Source: Polyangiaceae bacterium
GTDB taxonomy: Bacteria; Myxococcota_A; Polyangia; Polyangiales; Polyangiaceae
NCBI GenBank assembly: GCA_033763455.1
Contig: JANRKO010000035.1
Location: 1 to 64,000 of the forward strand
DNA length: 64,000 bases
Direction: 5' to 3'
Shown here: piece after piece, positions 30,245 to 39,898 of the stretch
How positions within the stretch are numbered: position 1 is the stretch's first letter
Layout of the letters: each line of letters begins with the position of its first letter
The notes under the pieces: generated by a model
The model's database searches: none
What the model saw: the letters and a program-made list of their open reading frames with translations, nothing else
What the model was told of the DNA's origin: nothing
Program-made: the position numbers and the translations under genes

Positions 30245-30994
30245 TCAGTTCCAGGGATCGTTCGGATCTCTGGGGCGAGGGAAATTCGACCCTAGGTCCC
30301 GCGGCGGAGGCCGCCTGGGAGGGGGTTTCCAGCCGTTCCAGCGCTCCGCCGAGGGGCGCTCACGAGCGCCCAAAAGCGGCCGCAGGAGCAACAGGCCGCC
30401 AACAAACCCCCCGATATGCGAGAAGAAAGCTACCCCTCCGTGCGAATTCGGCCCGAGCGATCCCAACCCCAAAAATAAATTCATCAAAAAGAATTCCCCC
30501 ACCACGATCCAGGCAGGGAACTCCAAGAACAGAAAGCCGAAGAATACCGTGATGGGTGCGCGCGGAAACAAGATCAAATAGCCCCCAAGCACACCAGCAA
30601 TCGCACCCGAGGCACCCACTATCGGCGCATGGCTGCTCGGATCTATAGCTATCTGTGCCGCGGCTGCTGCCAAGCCGCTCAACACGTAGAACGCGAGGTA
30701 GCGAGCATGCCCGAGCGAATCTTCGAGGTTGTCCCCAAAAATGTAGAGGAACAGGAGGTTGCCCCCGATGTGTTCCAGGCCTCCGTGCATGAACATGCTG
30801 GAAAAGATCGTGAGCACCTCGCCCGACGGATCGGCGAGCAGCCTGTGCGGCACGATCCCGTAGCTCGCGACCACCAGGTTGTCCGAACGCCCCTCCTTCA
30901 TCTGCCACAGAAAGACGGCTATGTTCGCAAGCAGAAGGGCATAGTTCACCCACGGGCGCAGCGTAGTGGGATTCTGGTCGCGGATAGGGAGCAC
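30245..30994 (-). CDS. Rhomboid intramembrane serine protease
   Basis: SMFMHGG..H..GN, GASGAI and HIGGF. Confidence 0.93.
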   Translation of the reverse strand: MLPIRDQNPTTLRPWVNYALLLANIAVFLWQMKEGRSDNLVVASYGIVPHRLLADPSGEVLTIFSSMFMHGGLEHIGGNLLFLYIFGDNLEDSLGHARYLAFYVLSGLAAAAAQIAIDPSSHAPIVGASGAIAGVLGGYLILFPRAPITVFFGFLFLEFPAWIVVGEFFLMNLFLGLGSLGPNSHGGVAFFSHIGGFVGGLLLLRPLLGARERPSAERWNGWKPPPRRPPPRDLGSNFPRPRDPNDPWN

Positions 30995-31142
30995 GTGGGG
31001 CCAAGCGTCAGCCTAACGAAAGCGGGGGCTCGGTCAAACCCGGGCGCATATCCGTCCCACCCCGCCGAGCCCCAAGGTTGGGGTGAACGGCTCGCGCCTT
31101 GCGCAGGGTGCCGGAGGATCTGCTAGGTTCGAGCCTTCTCGC

Positions 31143-31649
31143 ATGCGGCGATTGTTGGTTGGGTCACTTCTATTGCTCGTGAGCGGCGCGCCCGGCTGCG
31201 CCTCGACACCGTTCGATGGCAAGACGTACTCTAACGACGAGCTCGCGTTTCAAGTCGGAGCTTACCCTTCTACCTGGCGAGCCATTCAGGCTGAGGGCAC
31301 GCTGCTCGCGTTTCGAGACGACACCCACCAGGCAACGGTTGCGTTGAACGGACGCTGCGGCAAAGACGGCGATGATGTGCCGCTAACAACGCTCACCGCG
31401 CACCTCTTCCTTCAGTTCACCGATCAGGATCCGTCGGAGCAGCGCGAAGTGAGCCTGGATGGGCGCAGCGCGCTTCGAAGCTCGCTCACTGCAACGCTCG
31501 ACGGGGTGCCCAAGCGCTTTGTGGTCTACGTGCTGAAAAAAGACGAATGCGTATACGACTTCGTTTGGATTCAAAATCAATCGGCGCCGCAGGATTCACG
31601 AGAATTTGACGCATTTGTGCGGGATTTTCGCGCCCTTTCCCGACCATGA
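31143..31649 (+). CDS. Hypothetical lipoprotein
   Basis: Signal peptide ending APGC; ATGA overlap with mlaE. Confidence 0.7.
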   Translation: MRRLLVGSLLLLVSGAPGCASTPFDGKTYSNDELAFQVGAYPSTWRAIQAEGTLLAFRDDTHQATVALNGRCGKDGDDVPLTTLTAHLFLQFTDQDPSEQREVSLDGRSALRSSLTATLDGVPKRFVVYVLKKDECVYDFVWIQNQSAPQDSREFDAFVRDFRALSRP

Positions 31650-32509
31650 CTCAGAGCTTGCCTCCCCCATCTGACGCGGACGCAAACAGGCCAGGCCGCG
31701 AAAGCCTGGCGCCAGCACCGCCGCCAAGTGCTTCGGCCCGCTTCGCCGAGCGTGCGCTCAGTTTTTTTGACCACTTGGGCACGGTATCGACGATGTTTGT
31801 AGGTGCCTGCCGCGCTGCCACGCGTTCGCCATTTGAGGGCAAAGCCATTCTCAAACAGCTGGATTCGCTCGGGGTAGCTTCCATGGGCATCGTGGTGGTC
31901 ACCAGCCTTTTTATCGGCATGGTGATGGCGGTGCAATTTGCATTCGGGCTGCAGAAGTTCGGCGGCATGGAATACACCGGGCGGGTGATTGCCCTGAGTT
32001 TCACCCGTGAGCTCGCCCCCACGCTCACAGCGGTGATAGTGGGTGGGCGTATTGGAGCGGGAATGGCGGCGGAAGTGGGATCTATGGCCGTCACCGAGCA
32101 GATAGATGCCGTACGCGCCCTGGGTGCGGATCCTCTGAAGAAGCTAGTTTGGCCACGCCTCATTGCAAGCATCTTGGTAATGCCCTTCCTGAGTGCCTTT
32201 GCCTTGGTGCTCGGCTTTGTGGGAGCCATGTTGATAACTGATATTCAGTTCCAGATCCCGGCGGGATTCTTCCTAAGGAGTGCACTTGGCACCGTAACCC
32301 TCAGGGATTTTCTGAGTGGCATGTTCAAAACGCCGTTTTTTGGGGCGATCATTGCGCTCGTGGGTTGCCACTTTGGAATGACCACCCGCGGTGGCACGGC
32401 AGGCGTTGGCAACAGCACCACGCGTACGGTTGTTGTGATCTCCATCAGCATCCTGATTGCAGACCTCTTCCTCACGCGCCTGTCCATCTTGCTCTGGCCT
32501 GCCGCGTGA
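31646..32509 (+). CDS. mlaE: MlaE family ABC permease
   Basis: RELAP.LTA, GRIGAGMAAEVGSM.VTEQIDA, PRLIA and GVGNSTT. Confidence 0.92.
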   Translation: MTQSLPPPSDADANRPGRESLAPAPPPSASARFAERALSFFDHLGTVSTMFVGACRAATRSPFEGKAILKQLDSLGVASMGIVVVTSLFIGMVMAVQFAFGLQKFGGMEYTGRVIALSFTRELAPTLTAVIVGGRIGAGMAAEVGSMAVTEQIDAVRALGADPLKKLVWPRLIASILVMPFLSAFALVLGFVGAMLITDIQFQIPAGFFLRSALGTVTLRDFLSGMFKTPFFGAIIALVGCHFGMTTRGGTAGVGNSTTRTVVVISISILIADLFLTRLSILLWPAA

Positions 32510-32554
32510 GCTCTTCGGGCGCATAAACTAAGCGTTTTAGTTGGCCCCATCGCC

Positions 32555-32592
32555 TTGACCAAGGGGGGTTTGGTTTCTACCTTTACAGGGTA
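32555..32592 (+). promoter_or_regulatory. Putative sigma70 promoter and dyad upstream of the MerR-family gene
   Basis: TTGACC-17 nt-TACCTT; imperfect dyad TACCTTTACAGGGTA at 32578-32592. Confidence 0.45.
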
Positions 32593-32593
32593 A

Positions 32594-33127
32594 GTGTCTG
32601 ACGCTCCGTCCAAGCCCAACGTGCCGCCCGATTCGGTGAGCCTCCGAGAGGATTGCCGATTAACAACGGGCGATATGGCGCGGCTTTCCGCCAGCACATT
32701 GCGCACCGTACGCTTCTACGAGGAAGCTGGGATCCTGGAGCCGTTGGAGCGTACCCCGGGCGGGCACCGCCTGTTTGCTCACGAAGAGCTCGTGAAGCTC
32801 AAGTTCGCGGGAGATCTACGGCACGCGGGTCTTTCACTCGAAGAGGTTCGAAGTTTTTTCGCAACTAAAGCAGAACATAATACAGGCGCCGAGGCGGCCC
32901 TCGCGCTCAGCGAAAAAATAGACAAGCAGCTTGCATTGGTGGAGTCTCAAGTGCAGCTCCTTCAGCAGCTCGCTCTTGAGCTTTCGAGTGTAAAGTCGGC
33001 CCTCCGAGGGTGCGCTTCCTGCAAAGACACGGAACATTTCCCCGATCATTGCGGGGATTGCGCGGTCATGCGGGCACAGGAGCAGGTGCCGAAGGCACTC
33101 CAGGTGCTATGGGGAGTTCAGTCGTGA
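32594..33127 (+). CDS. MerR family regulator with C-terminal CxxC...CxxC
   Basis: TTGDMAR...RTVRFYEEAGIL..RTPGGHRLF; CASC...CGDC. Confidence 0.9.
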   Translation: MSDAPSKPNVPPDSVSLREDCRLTTGDMARLSASTLRTVRFYEEAGILEPLERTPGGHRLFAHEELVKLKFAGDLRHAGLSLEEVRSFFATKAEHNTGAEAALALSEKIDKQLALVESQVQLLQQLALELSSVKSALRGCASCKDTEHFPDHCGDCAVMRAQEQVPKALQVLWGVQS

Positions 33128-33146
33128 GGAAAGAAGCGGAGTTCTC

Positions 33147-33581
33147 GTGAGCGATAGGATTTTCTCGGTGGAAGAAGTGGATGCCCTGGTGGCGCCGATT
33201 TCGAGGCTGGTGGGTGCTCAACTGAGGTTGCGGAGCGAGATTGAAGGCGGTCTGGCGGAGCTAACGCGAGTCTCGGGTGAAGCGCCGCGCTATTTGAATG
33301 ACGGGGACGGCGATACCGCGGAAGCCCGCTGCCTGAAGCAAAGGATCCGCGAGCAAGTGAAGCGGTACGATGCTGGTTGGCGTGCAGTAGAAGAAATGGG
33401 CGCCGCCGTGAAAGATCCCTCGATTGGGCTTTTGGATTTCTTGGGCCAGGTCGATGGCAAGTTGGTCTGGTTGTGCTGGAAATACGGGGAAGAAAGCGTG
33501 AGTCACTTTCACTCTCTGGACGCCGGATATTCGGGCCGTCGCCCTCTCAACAGCGAAATTCGCGCCCGACTTTTGAATTAG
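33147..33581 (+). CDS. DUF2203 family protein
   Basis: FSVEEVDAL and VKD..GLLDF...VWLCWKYGE..HFH...GYSGRRP. Confidence 0.88.
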   Translation: MSDRIFSVEEVDALVAPISRLVGAQLRLRSEIEGGLAELTRVSGEAPRYLNDGDGDTAEARCLKQRIREQVKRYDAGWRAVEEMGAAVKDPSIGLLDFLGQVDGKLVWLCWKYGEESVSHFHSLDAGYSGRRPLNSEIRARLLN

Positions 33582-33584
33582 CCG

Positions 33585-34172
33585 ATGGCTCGGGACGTGC
33601 GGCGCGCCGAACGCGCGGTCTTGGAGTTTCTCGAAGCACTTGGTTTTGATCCAAAAAACGACGCCGAGCTCCGCGATACGCCGGCCAGAGTTGCCGAAGC
33701 ATTCTCCACGCAGTTACTCAACGGCTACGATGTGAACCTAGACGCGCTTTTTTCGGAAGGTGCTGTCAACGCCAGCACCTCTTCAGGTCAATGGGTGTTG
33801 CTTGCGGACCTCAACGTTGCCACAGTCTGCCCACATCATTTGCTACCGGCGCTCGGCACGGCCACTGTTGGCTATGTTGCGGGTGAGCGGCTTTTTGGCT
33901 TAGGTGCCCTGGCAGGGCTTGTCGATGCGCTGAGCCGGCGCCTGATATTGCAGGAAGCAATTGGGGAGGGTGTGGTCGAAGCATTGATGAAACACGCGGG
34001 TGCGCGGGCGGCGTATTGCGAGCTCACACTCACGCACAGCTGCTTGAACGCGCGGACGCCCGGGCGAGAACACTCGCGGGTAACCACCGTCGCCACCTCG
34101 GCCAATCTCGCGCCAGAATTGCTTTCCACACTCACGCTCGCACTTGGGCGACAAAAGAGCGACCCTTCGTGA
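33585..34172 (+). CDS. folE: GTP cyclohydrolase I (FolE)-like protein, divergent
   Basis: L.DTPARVA, CPHHLLP, LQE and HSC; several conserved residues are replaced. Confidence 0.8.
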   Translation: MARDVRRAERAVLEFLEALGFDPKNDAELRDTPARVAEAFSTQLLNGYDVNLDALFSEGAVNASTSSGQWVLLADLNVATVCPHHLLPALGTATVGYVAGERLFGLGALAGLVDALSRRLILQEAIGEGVVEALMKHAGARAAYCELTLTHSCLNARTPGREHSRVTTVATSANLAPELLSTLTLALGRQKSDPS

Positions 34173-34852
34173 CTCTCGCGGTAGTGACAGGCCCAAGCCG
34201 TGGGATTGGGCGAGCCACGGCTCACAGGCTCGCGACACGGGGGGTAAGCTTAGCCCTTTTGGGGCGGCCATCGGCCGCGTTGAGCCAAACCGAACGCGAG
34301 CTTTCCGAAAGCGGCACGAGCGTCTTCACCGTGGCGTGTGATCTCTCAAATCCAATGGAAATCAAGCGTGCCGCAGCCCAAGTCACCTCTCTTGGCGGCG
34401 TGCCCGACATCGTGATTCACAACGCCGCCGTGATCCATCGCGCGTCCGTTACGGAGCTAGCACTTGAGGCTTGGGACGAACAATTGAACGTGAACCTACG
34501 CGCGCCATTTTTGCTAACGCAAGCTTTCTTGCCAAGCATGTTGGCAAGAAAGACGGGGCGGCTGCTGTATGTCTCCAGCATCTCGGCCACTCTGGGCACT
34601 CCACGAGCTTCGGCTTACAACGCCAGCAAATGGGGCCTCACCGGCTTTGTGAAAAGCCTAGCCGAAGAGCTCAGCGATACGGGGCTCATGGCGACCGCGA
34701 TACTTCCGGGTTCGGTGCAAACAGATATGTTAACCGGAAGCGGCTTTCCCCCGCGCATGAGTGCCGAGGAAGTGGCCCGCACTCTCGAATATCATGCGCT
34801 CGATGCCCCGCTCGCTCACAACGGCGGCATTATCGAGATGTTTGGGATCTGA
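34169..34852 (+). CDS. Short-chain dehydrogenase/reductase
   Basis: TGPSRGIG, HNAA, SS and YNASK; GTGA overlap with folE. Confidence 0.92.
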   Translation: MTLAVVTGPSRGIGRATAHRLATRGVSLALLGRPSAALSQTERELSESGTSVFTVACDLSNPMEIKRAAAQVTSLGGVPDIVIHNAAVIHRASVTELALEAWDEQLNVNLRAPFLLTQAFLPSMLARKTGRLLYVSSISATLGTPRASAYNASKWGLTGFVKSLAEELSDTGLMATAILPGSVQTDMLTGSGFPPRMSAEEVARTLEYHALDAPLAHNGGIIEMFGI

Positions 34853-34951
34853 GCGGGCCCGCCACACCCGCTTTTCTCTACCGTTGCTCCCTTCCGGGCC
34901 TGGCGGAGTTCAAGCTGCGCTGTTGACGGACCCATAAATGGGCTCAGAGCC
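34848..34951 (-). ncRNA. ffs: Signal recognition particle RNA (small bacterial SRP / 4.5S)
   Basis: Minus strand GAACTCCGCCAGGCCCGGAAGGGAGCAACGG (helix 8 with GGAA tetraloop); closing stems GGGTCCGTCA/TGGCGGGCCC and TCTGAGC/GCTCAGA. Confidence 0.92.
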
Positions 34952-35114
34952 ACGGGTGCTATCGCATCGGGTCAGGCTTGTAAAGTGGCGATTGGGCTCG
35001 GAACCAGGCTTACTCAACGCGCGTTGCTTGAGCCCCCGCGATGATGCATATCAGGCGCGCAAGGCGGACACTCTGAACCCGTGTCTATAACCGCTACTGG
35101 AGAAACCAACTGTT

Positions 35115-36335
35115 ATGAAGAGAATTCAACTTGCTGCTAGCACCGTCGCTCTTTTCGTCGTGGGCTGCACGGGAAATGTCGTTGACGAAAACGTGGGTTC
35201 GCTCGAGCAGGGCATCCTTGCCCAGTGCGGCACGGGGTATGAGGTTGCACCGATAGAGGTGGCAGCAGCACAGCTGCCCGTGACCAGTGAGTTCCTGGCC
35301 ACGAACGGGAGAGCCATTGGGATGTACGATTACAGCTGCTCCGGCGTGCTCATCAGCCCAGATCTGTTTTTGACCGCAGGGCACTGCGTCCCCGAACCTG
35401 TCGGCCCCATTCCCGCGTCTTCCCAACGCACCGTGGTGTTCAACTACCAGGATGATCCGACGGGGATCCCAAGGCCAACCACTACCGTCCAAGCCCTCGA
35501 AGTTGTGGAAAAGACCAACGGGGATGCTCCTGCGTCGGGAAGCGGAGCGGACTACGCGCTCGTGCGCATCGCAAGCCCCGGAGCGCAGTTCGGATACGCT
35601 CCGATCGGAACCACAGATGCGGCGCTCAATACGCCACTCGTCATGATTGGGCATCCTGAAGGGGCCTCCAAGCACGCTGCTACCGGCCAAAACGTCAGCT
35701 CCTTTGGTCCGTATTATTGGGACCTGACGATCGACGCCTCGTCGGGGAATTCTGGGTCGCCCATTTTTGCTCCTGACGGCAAGCTCTCAGCGCTCTTCTT
35801 CCGCCTGGGGTGCGAAGTGGGCGCCTACAACGGAGCCATCAAGGTCTCGCGACTTCTCGAAATCTCGCCCATCCTCCGTAATCTGGCTGCGAATCCGCTG
35901 CCCCCGCCCCCACCGCCCCCGCCGCCCGGAGAAGAAGACGATGGCGGTGGCGAAGGCCCTGAAGCCTTCGTCGTCCAAGGCGAGGGCTTTGTCGCTGGCT
36001 CCAGGGTGGCGCTCAACAGCAACGGTACCGCGGTTACGAGCAACGGCACCGGATCCTGGGCGAAATACACGAATGTCGATCTCGGCTCCGGCAACGGGAG
36101 CCTGCTGCTCAATATGTCGAGCACGCGCGCCGGCCGCGTATCCGTTCGCCTGAATAGCCCCACGGGCACGGTCATCGCCACTACGGAAATCGAAGTGAGT
36201 GGTAGCTTCAGCGTCTACGAAGATGTCCACACCAACTACAGCGCACCAGCAGGCGTTCACACCGTGTACGTCACATGGGAAGGTTCGACTCGTCGCGCAG
36301 GCGACATCGAGTCTATGGAATTTACGTCGCTCTAA
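35115..36335 (+). CDS. Trypsin-like serine protease lipoprotein with C-terminal CBM6-like module
   Basis: Lipobox VVGC; triad TAGHC, DYAL and GNSGSP; poly-Pro linker; GSWAKYTNVDLG...VRLNSPTGTVIA...GVHTVYV. Confidence 0.88.
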   Translation: MKRIQLAASTVALFVVGCTGNVVDENVGSLEQGILAQCGTGYEVAPIEVAAAQLPVTSEFLATNGRAIGMYDYSCSGVLISPDLFLTAGHCVPEPVGPIPASSQRTVVFNYQDDPTGIPRPTTTVQALEVVEKTNGDAPASGSGADYALVRIASPGAQFGYAPIGTTDAALNTPLVMIGHPEGASKHAATGQNVSSFGPYYWDLTIDASSGNSGSPIFAPDGKLSALFFRLGCEVGAYNGAIKVSRLLEISPILRNLAANPLPPPPPPPPPGEEDDGGGEGPEAFVVQGEGFVAGSRVALNSNGTAVTSNGTGSWAKYTNVDLGSGNGSLLLNMSSTRAGRVSVRLNSPTGTVIATTEIEVSGSFSVYEDVHTNYSAPAGVHTVYVTWEGSTRRAGDIESMEFTSL

Positions 36336-36353
36336 GCTCTTCAGTGCCTCAAG

Positions 36354-36390
36354 CGGCGGTGCCCCACGAGCTCTGGGCACCGCCGTTCGT
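36354..36390 (+). terminator. Putative intrinsic terminator hairpin
   Basis: CGGCGGTGCCC-N10-GGGCACCGCCG, an 11-bp perfect stem just after the stop. Confidence 0.6.
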
Positions 36391-36436
36391 TGGCCGTATC
36401 CCACCGCTGTCGTCCCTTTGGCATACTCGCGACGCG

Positions 36437-37465
36437 ATGAAGCACATTCTGCCTTGGTGTTTGGCCCCAATGGTGCTTGGGAGTTGTGCACCAGCCACGG
36501 CAACCTCGGTTTCCAAGCCCGCTGCAGCTGAGTCTACGTTTTCGCCCCCAGAAGCGCGCGATAAACCTGCAGTGCCACCAGCCCCGAGCGTTACTCCAAG
36601 CGCCCAACCCCTCACCCGGCAAGCGATCTCCTGCGCATTCGAACGCGTACTCGAGGGCGACTTCAGAGCGATCGCGGTCGAAGCGCCGCCTTACGTTGCC
36701 GCGCTGAGCACCGAGCGCGTCTACCTTCACGACGCGAGAGGCTGGCACAACGAGCGGCTTCCGGGAGATATCGCGCAAGTTCAAGTTTTCCTCGGCCGGG
36801 ATTTCCGGCCACGTCTGCTCGGCACTCGTGCTCTGAACGGCAACCTTGACAATGCTTACCTACGCTGGACCGAGGGCGGCATCCGAGCGGCGCGCGACGA
36901 GCTCGGCCGCCTCGCTCGCTCGACGAAAGGTGCTTTCATCGCAGTGCTCGGCATTGAAGATCCAGAGATGGTCTGTGTGGCTGGCGACGTCTGCATCTTA
37001 AAGCGTCTTTCGGGTTGGGCCACCCTCCCTGCGCCGAACGATCTAACGCACGTGGCTATCTCCGAGGGTGTTGGATACGCCCTCGCAGGCCAACGCTTCC
37101 TGCAAGCGGAAGCGCGCGGCTGGGTCGAGGCGGGTCCGCAAGGAACATGGGAAGGCGCCACAGCTTTGAGCGTAGGGAAGCAACAAGCCGTTGTATTGGA
37201 TGCAAAAGGCTATGTTCACACGCTCTCGGAGGGCGCCGAGCAGTGGCAGAGCGAGCCTTCGCCGATAATAGGCGCGAGCGCCATCTGGGCAGAGCCAAGC
37301 GAAGCTGTGTGGATCGGCGGGAAAACGCTCGCCCAGAGGGCGCACGGAGCCTGGCGTCACGCCGACGCGGTGGGGGGACCCATCCATGCAATCTCTGGCC
37401 GAGGAGGCTGCGACGTGTGGCTCGCCACCGCACAGGGCCTGCTGCGTGGTGCCCCGAGCGAGTAA
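36437..37465 (+). CDS. Hypothetical lipoprotein, possible beta-propeller
   Basis: Lipobox VLGSC; repeated AIW/VW.G and W-ending blade-like units. Confidence 0.6.
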   Translation: MKHILPWCLAPMVLGSCAPATATSVSKPAAAESTFSPPEARDKPAVPPAPSVTPSAQPLTRQAISCAFERVLEGDFRAIAVEAPPYVAALSTERVYLHDARGWHNERLPGDIAQVQVFLGRDFRPRLLGTRALNGNLDNAYLRWTEGGIRAARDELGRLARSTKGAFIAVLGIEDPEMVCVAGDVCILKRLSGWATLPAPNDLTHVAISEGVGYALAGQRFLQAEARGWVEAGPQGTWEGATALSVGKQQAVVLDAKGYVHTLSEGAEQWQSEPSPIIGASAIWAEPSEAVWIGGKTLAQRAHGAWRHADAVGGPIHAISGRGGCDVWLATAQGLLRGAPSE

Positions 37466-37519
37466 GGGCGGGACCCCAACCGTCGTGACCAGTGCGAGAG
37501 AGCGCGCTATAGTGCGCAG

Positions 37520-38335
37520 ATGTCTATGGTCCCTCCCGAGGAGTCGCCGCATTCCCCCGGAAAGCAGCCGGCCGTGGACGAGCGCCTGGTCGCGCCTGAG
37601 AGTCGCTATGAAATCCACGATGGGAGGGTTCGTTACGTGTCCCCAGCAGATGAGCCACACGGCACTCGTCACTCCAAAATCTCAGCGCTCTTAGAAGCTT
37701 ATGTGAAAGACGCTTACGATGTCGCCAGCGACATGCTCACGCGCACTTCAGAATCCGACGATATGGCGCCCGATGCCAGCGTCTTCCCAAGCGAGCGTGA
37801 CCCAGTAACGGGCGGTCGCAGGCTCGAAGAGGTCGTGTTCGAAGTGCTCAACACCGAAAGCCTGAGCCATTCGGGTCAAAAAGCCAGCAAGCTGAGCAAG
37901 CGAGGCGTCCGGCGCATTTTCGCGGTCGATGTCGAACGAAAGCGTGCTTTCGAATGGTCACTCGATCTGGGCACATGGAGCATCCTTGCCTTAGACGGAG
38001 TGATCACCGACCAAGTGTTCGTCGCGCCGCTCCCCATCTCGGCCCTGGTGCAAGCAGCCAAAGCGGACGACGCCGTGGCCGCCGCACTTCTAGCCAAAGG
38101 CAATCGCATCTTGGAGCGGGCGCTGTCCAATCGTGAGAGCCGGGGAAAGGCCGAAGGTAAGACCGAAGGTAAGACTGAAGGTAAGAGGGCTGCGCTTCTA
38201 ACCGTCCTCAGTGCTCGTGGCTTTTCGCTTTCGCTAGCAGAAAAGCAGCGGCTGGAGGCTGCCACCGAGGTTCAGCTCGACGCTTGGTTGAGCCGCGCCG
38301 CAACCTCTAACTCTGCGGCTGACCTCTTTGGATGA
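37520..38335 (+). CDS. Uma2 family endonuclease with EGK-repeat helical tail
   Basis: RYEIHDG, PADEPH, APDASV, VFEV and K..RGVRRIF; tail GKAEGKTEGKTEGK...LDAWL. Confidence 0.82.
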   Translation: MSMVPPEESPHSPGKQPAVDERLVAPESRYEIHDGRVRYVSPADEPHGTRHSKISALLEAYVKDAYDVASDMLTRTSESDDMAPDASVFPSERDPVTGGRRLEEVVFEVLNTESLSHSGQKASKLSKRGVRRIFAVDVERKRAFEWSLDLGTWSILALDGVITDQVFVAPLPISALVQAAKADDAVAAALLAKGNRILERALSNRESRGKAEGKTEGKTEGKRAALLTVLSARGFSLSLAEKQRLEAATEVQLDAWLSRAATSNSAADLFG

Positions 38336-38338
38336 TGA

Positions 38339-39898
38339 TCAAAGGGGCATATTTCCGTGTTTCTTGGCGGGCAAGCTTTGGCGCTTATCCTTTAAGATAT
38401 CGAGCCACTGATTCAGGCGCTTGCGAATGCCTCGCGGCAGGATCACTTCGTCCACGAACCCGAGCTCTGCCGCCTTGAACGGATTGGCGAACATCTCACG
38501 ATATTCAGCGGTGAATTGGGCTTCGGCAGCCGCTTTATCCGGCGCACTTTGGATCGCGTTCCGGTGCACAATATTCACAGCGCCGGCCGAGCCCATCACG
38601 GCTATCTCCGCGCTTGGGAAAGCGATGTTCACATCCGCCCCAATGTGCTTGCTGCTCATCACATCGTAGGCGCCACCGTAAGCCTTGCGCACAATCACCG
38701 TGATCTTGGGGACAGTGGCTTCTGCGAAGGCGAACAGCAGCTTAGCGCCGTGCAAAATGATGCCGCGGTGCTCCTGATCCACGCCTGGAAGAAAGCCTGG
38801 TACATCCACCCAGGTCACCAGCGGGAGATTGAAACAATCACAGAAACGCACAAATCGCGCTGCTTTGATGCTGGCAGCAATATCCAAAACACCCGCCAAA
38901 TACGCCGGCTGATTGGCCACAATGCCCACCGGGCGCCCACCGAGCCGCGCGAAGCCAACCACAATATTGCTCGCGTGGGACGCTTGCACTTCGAAAAAGT
39001 CTCTGTCGTCTACCACGTGTTCGATGAGGTGCTTGATATCGTACGGCTTGTTGCTCTCCTCGGGCACCAGAGTATCGAGCTCCGGAATTTCGCGATCAGC
39101 CGGATCTGTTGCAAGAGCGCGCGGTGGATCTTCGGTGTTATTCTTGGGCAGAAAGCTCAAGAGTTTTCGCACTTGGGCCAGGGCTTCGGCGTCATCAGCG
39201 GCAGAAAAATGCGCAACTCCGCTCTTCTTTGAGTGCGTTTGCGCGCCGCCGAGCTCTTCTTTGCTCACCTCTTCGTGTGTCACGGTGCGGATCACGTCCG
39301 GCCCCGTGATGAACATGTAGCTTGTACCCTCTACCATGAAGGTGAAATCAGTGAGGGCCGGCGAATAGACAGCCCCCCCGGCACACGGCCCCATGATAAC
39401 GCTGAGCTGGGGAACTACTCCCGAGGCCAAAGTATTCTTGTAGAAGATATCGGCGTACCCACCCAAGGACTCAACGCCTTCTTGAATGCGCGCGCCGCCG
39501 GAATCATTGAGGCCAATGACGGGCGCTCCCACCTTGAGCGCCAGATCCATCACTTTGACGATCTTTTTTGCGTGGGCAGCGCCGAGGGAGCCGCCAAATA
39601 CGGTAAAATCCTGTGCAAATACGAAGACCTGCCGCCCATCAACCGTGCCGCTTCCCGTGACCACTCCATCCCCCACAGCTTTCTGTTGAGCCATATCAAA
39701 ATCGGTACAGCGATGAGTAACCAAGCGATCGACCTCCACAAAGCTGCCCGGATCGAGCAGGAGCTCCAGGCGTTCGCGCGCCGTTAACTTGCCGGCCTGA
39801 TGCTGCTTCTCGATGCGTTCTTTGCCGCCACCTTCAAGCGCTGCCTGATTGAGCGCGGCGAGCCTATCCGTCACCTTGCGCGGAAATGTCTCAGTCAT
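38339..39898 (-). CDS. pccB: Acyl-CoA (propionyl-CoA type) carboxylase beta subunit
   Basis: [48 protein letters not shown] and KKHGNMPL. Confidence 0.93.
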   Translation of the reverse strand: MTETFPRKVTDRLAALNQAALEGGGKERIEKQHQAGKLTARERLELLLDPGSFVEVDRLVTHRCTDFDMAQQKAVGDGVVTGSGTVDGRQVFVFAQDFTVFGGSLGAAHAKKIVKVMDLALKVGAPVIGLNDSGGARIQEGVESLGGYADIFYKNTLASGVVPQLSVIMGPCAGGAVYSPALTDFTFMVEGTSYMFITGPDVIRTVTHEEVSKEELGGAQTHSKKSGVAHFSAADDAEALAQVRKLLSFLPKNNTEDPPRALATDPADREIPELDTLVPEESNKPYDIKHLIEHVVDDRDFFEVQASHASNIVVGFARLGGRPVGIVANQPAYLAGVLDIAASIKAARFVRFCDCFNLPLVTWVDVPGFLPGVDQEHRGIILHGAKLLFAFAEATVPKITVIVRKAYGGAYDVMSSKHIGADVNIAFPSAEIAVMGSAGAVNIVHRNAIQSAPDKAAAEAQFTAEYREMFANPFKAAELGFVDEVILPRGIRKRLNQWLDILKDKRQSLPAKKHGNMPL

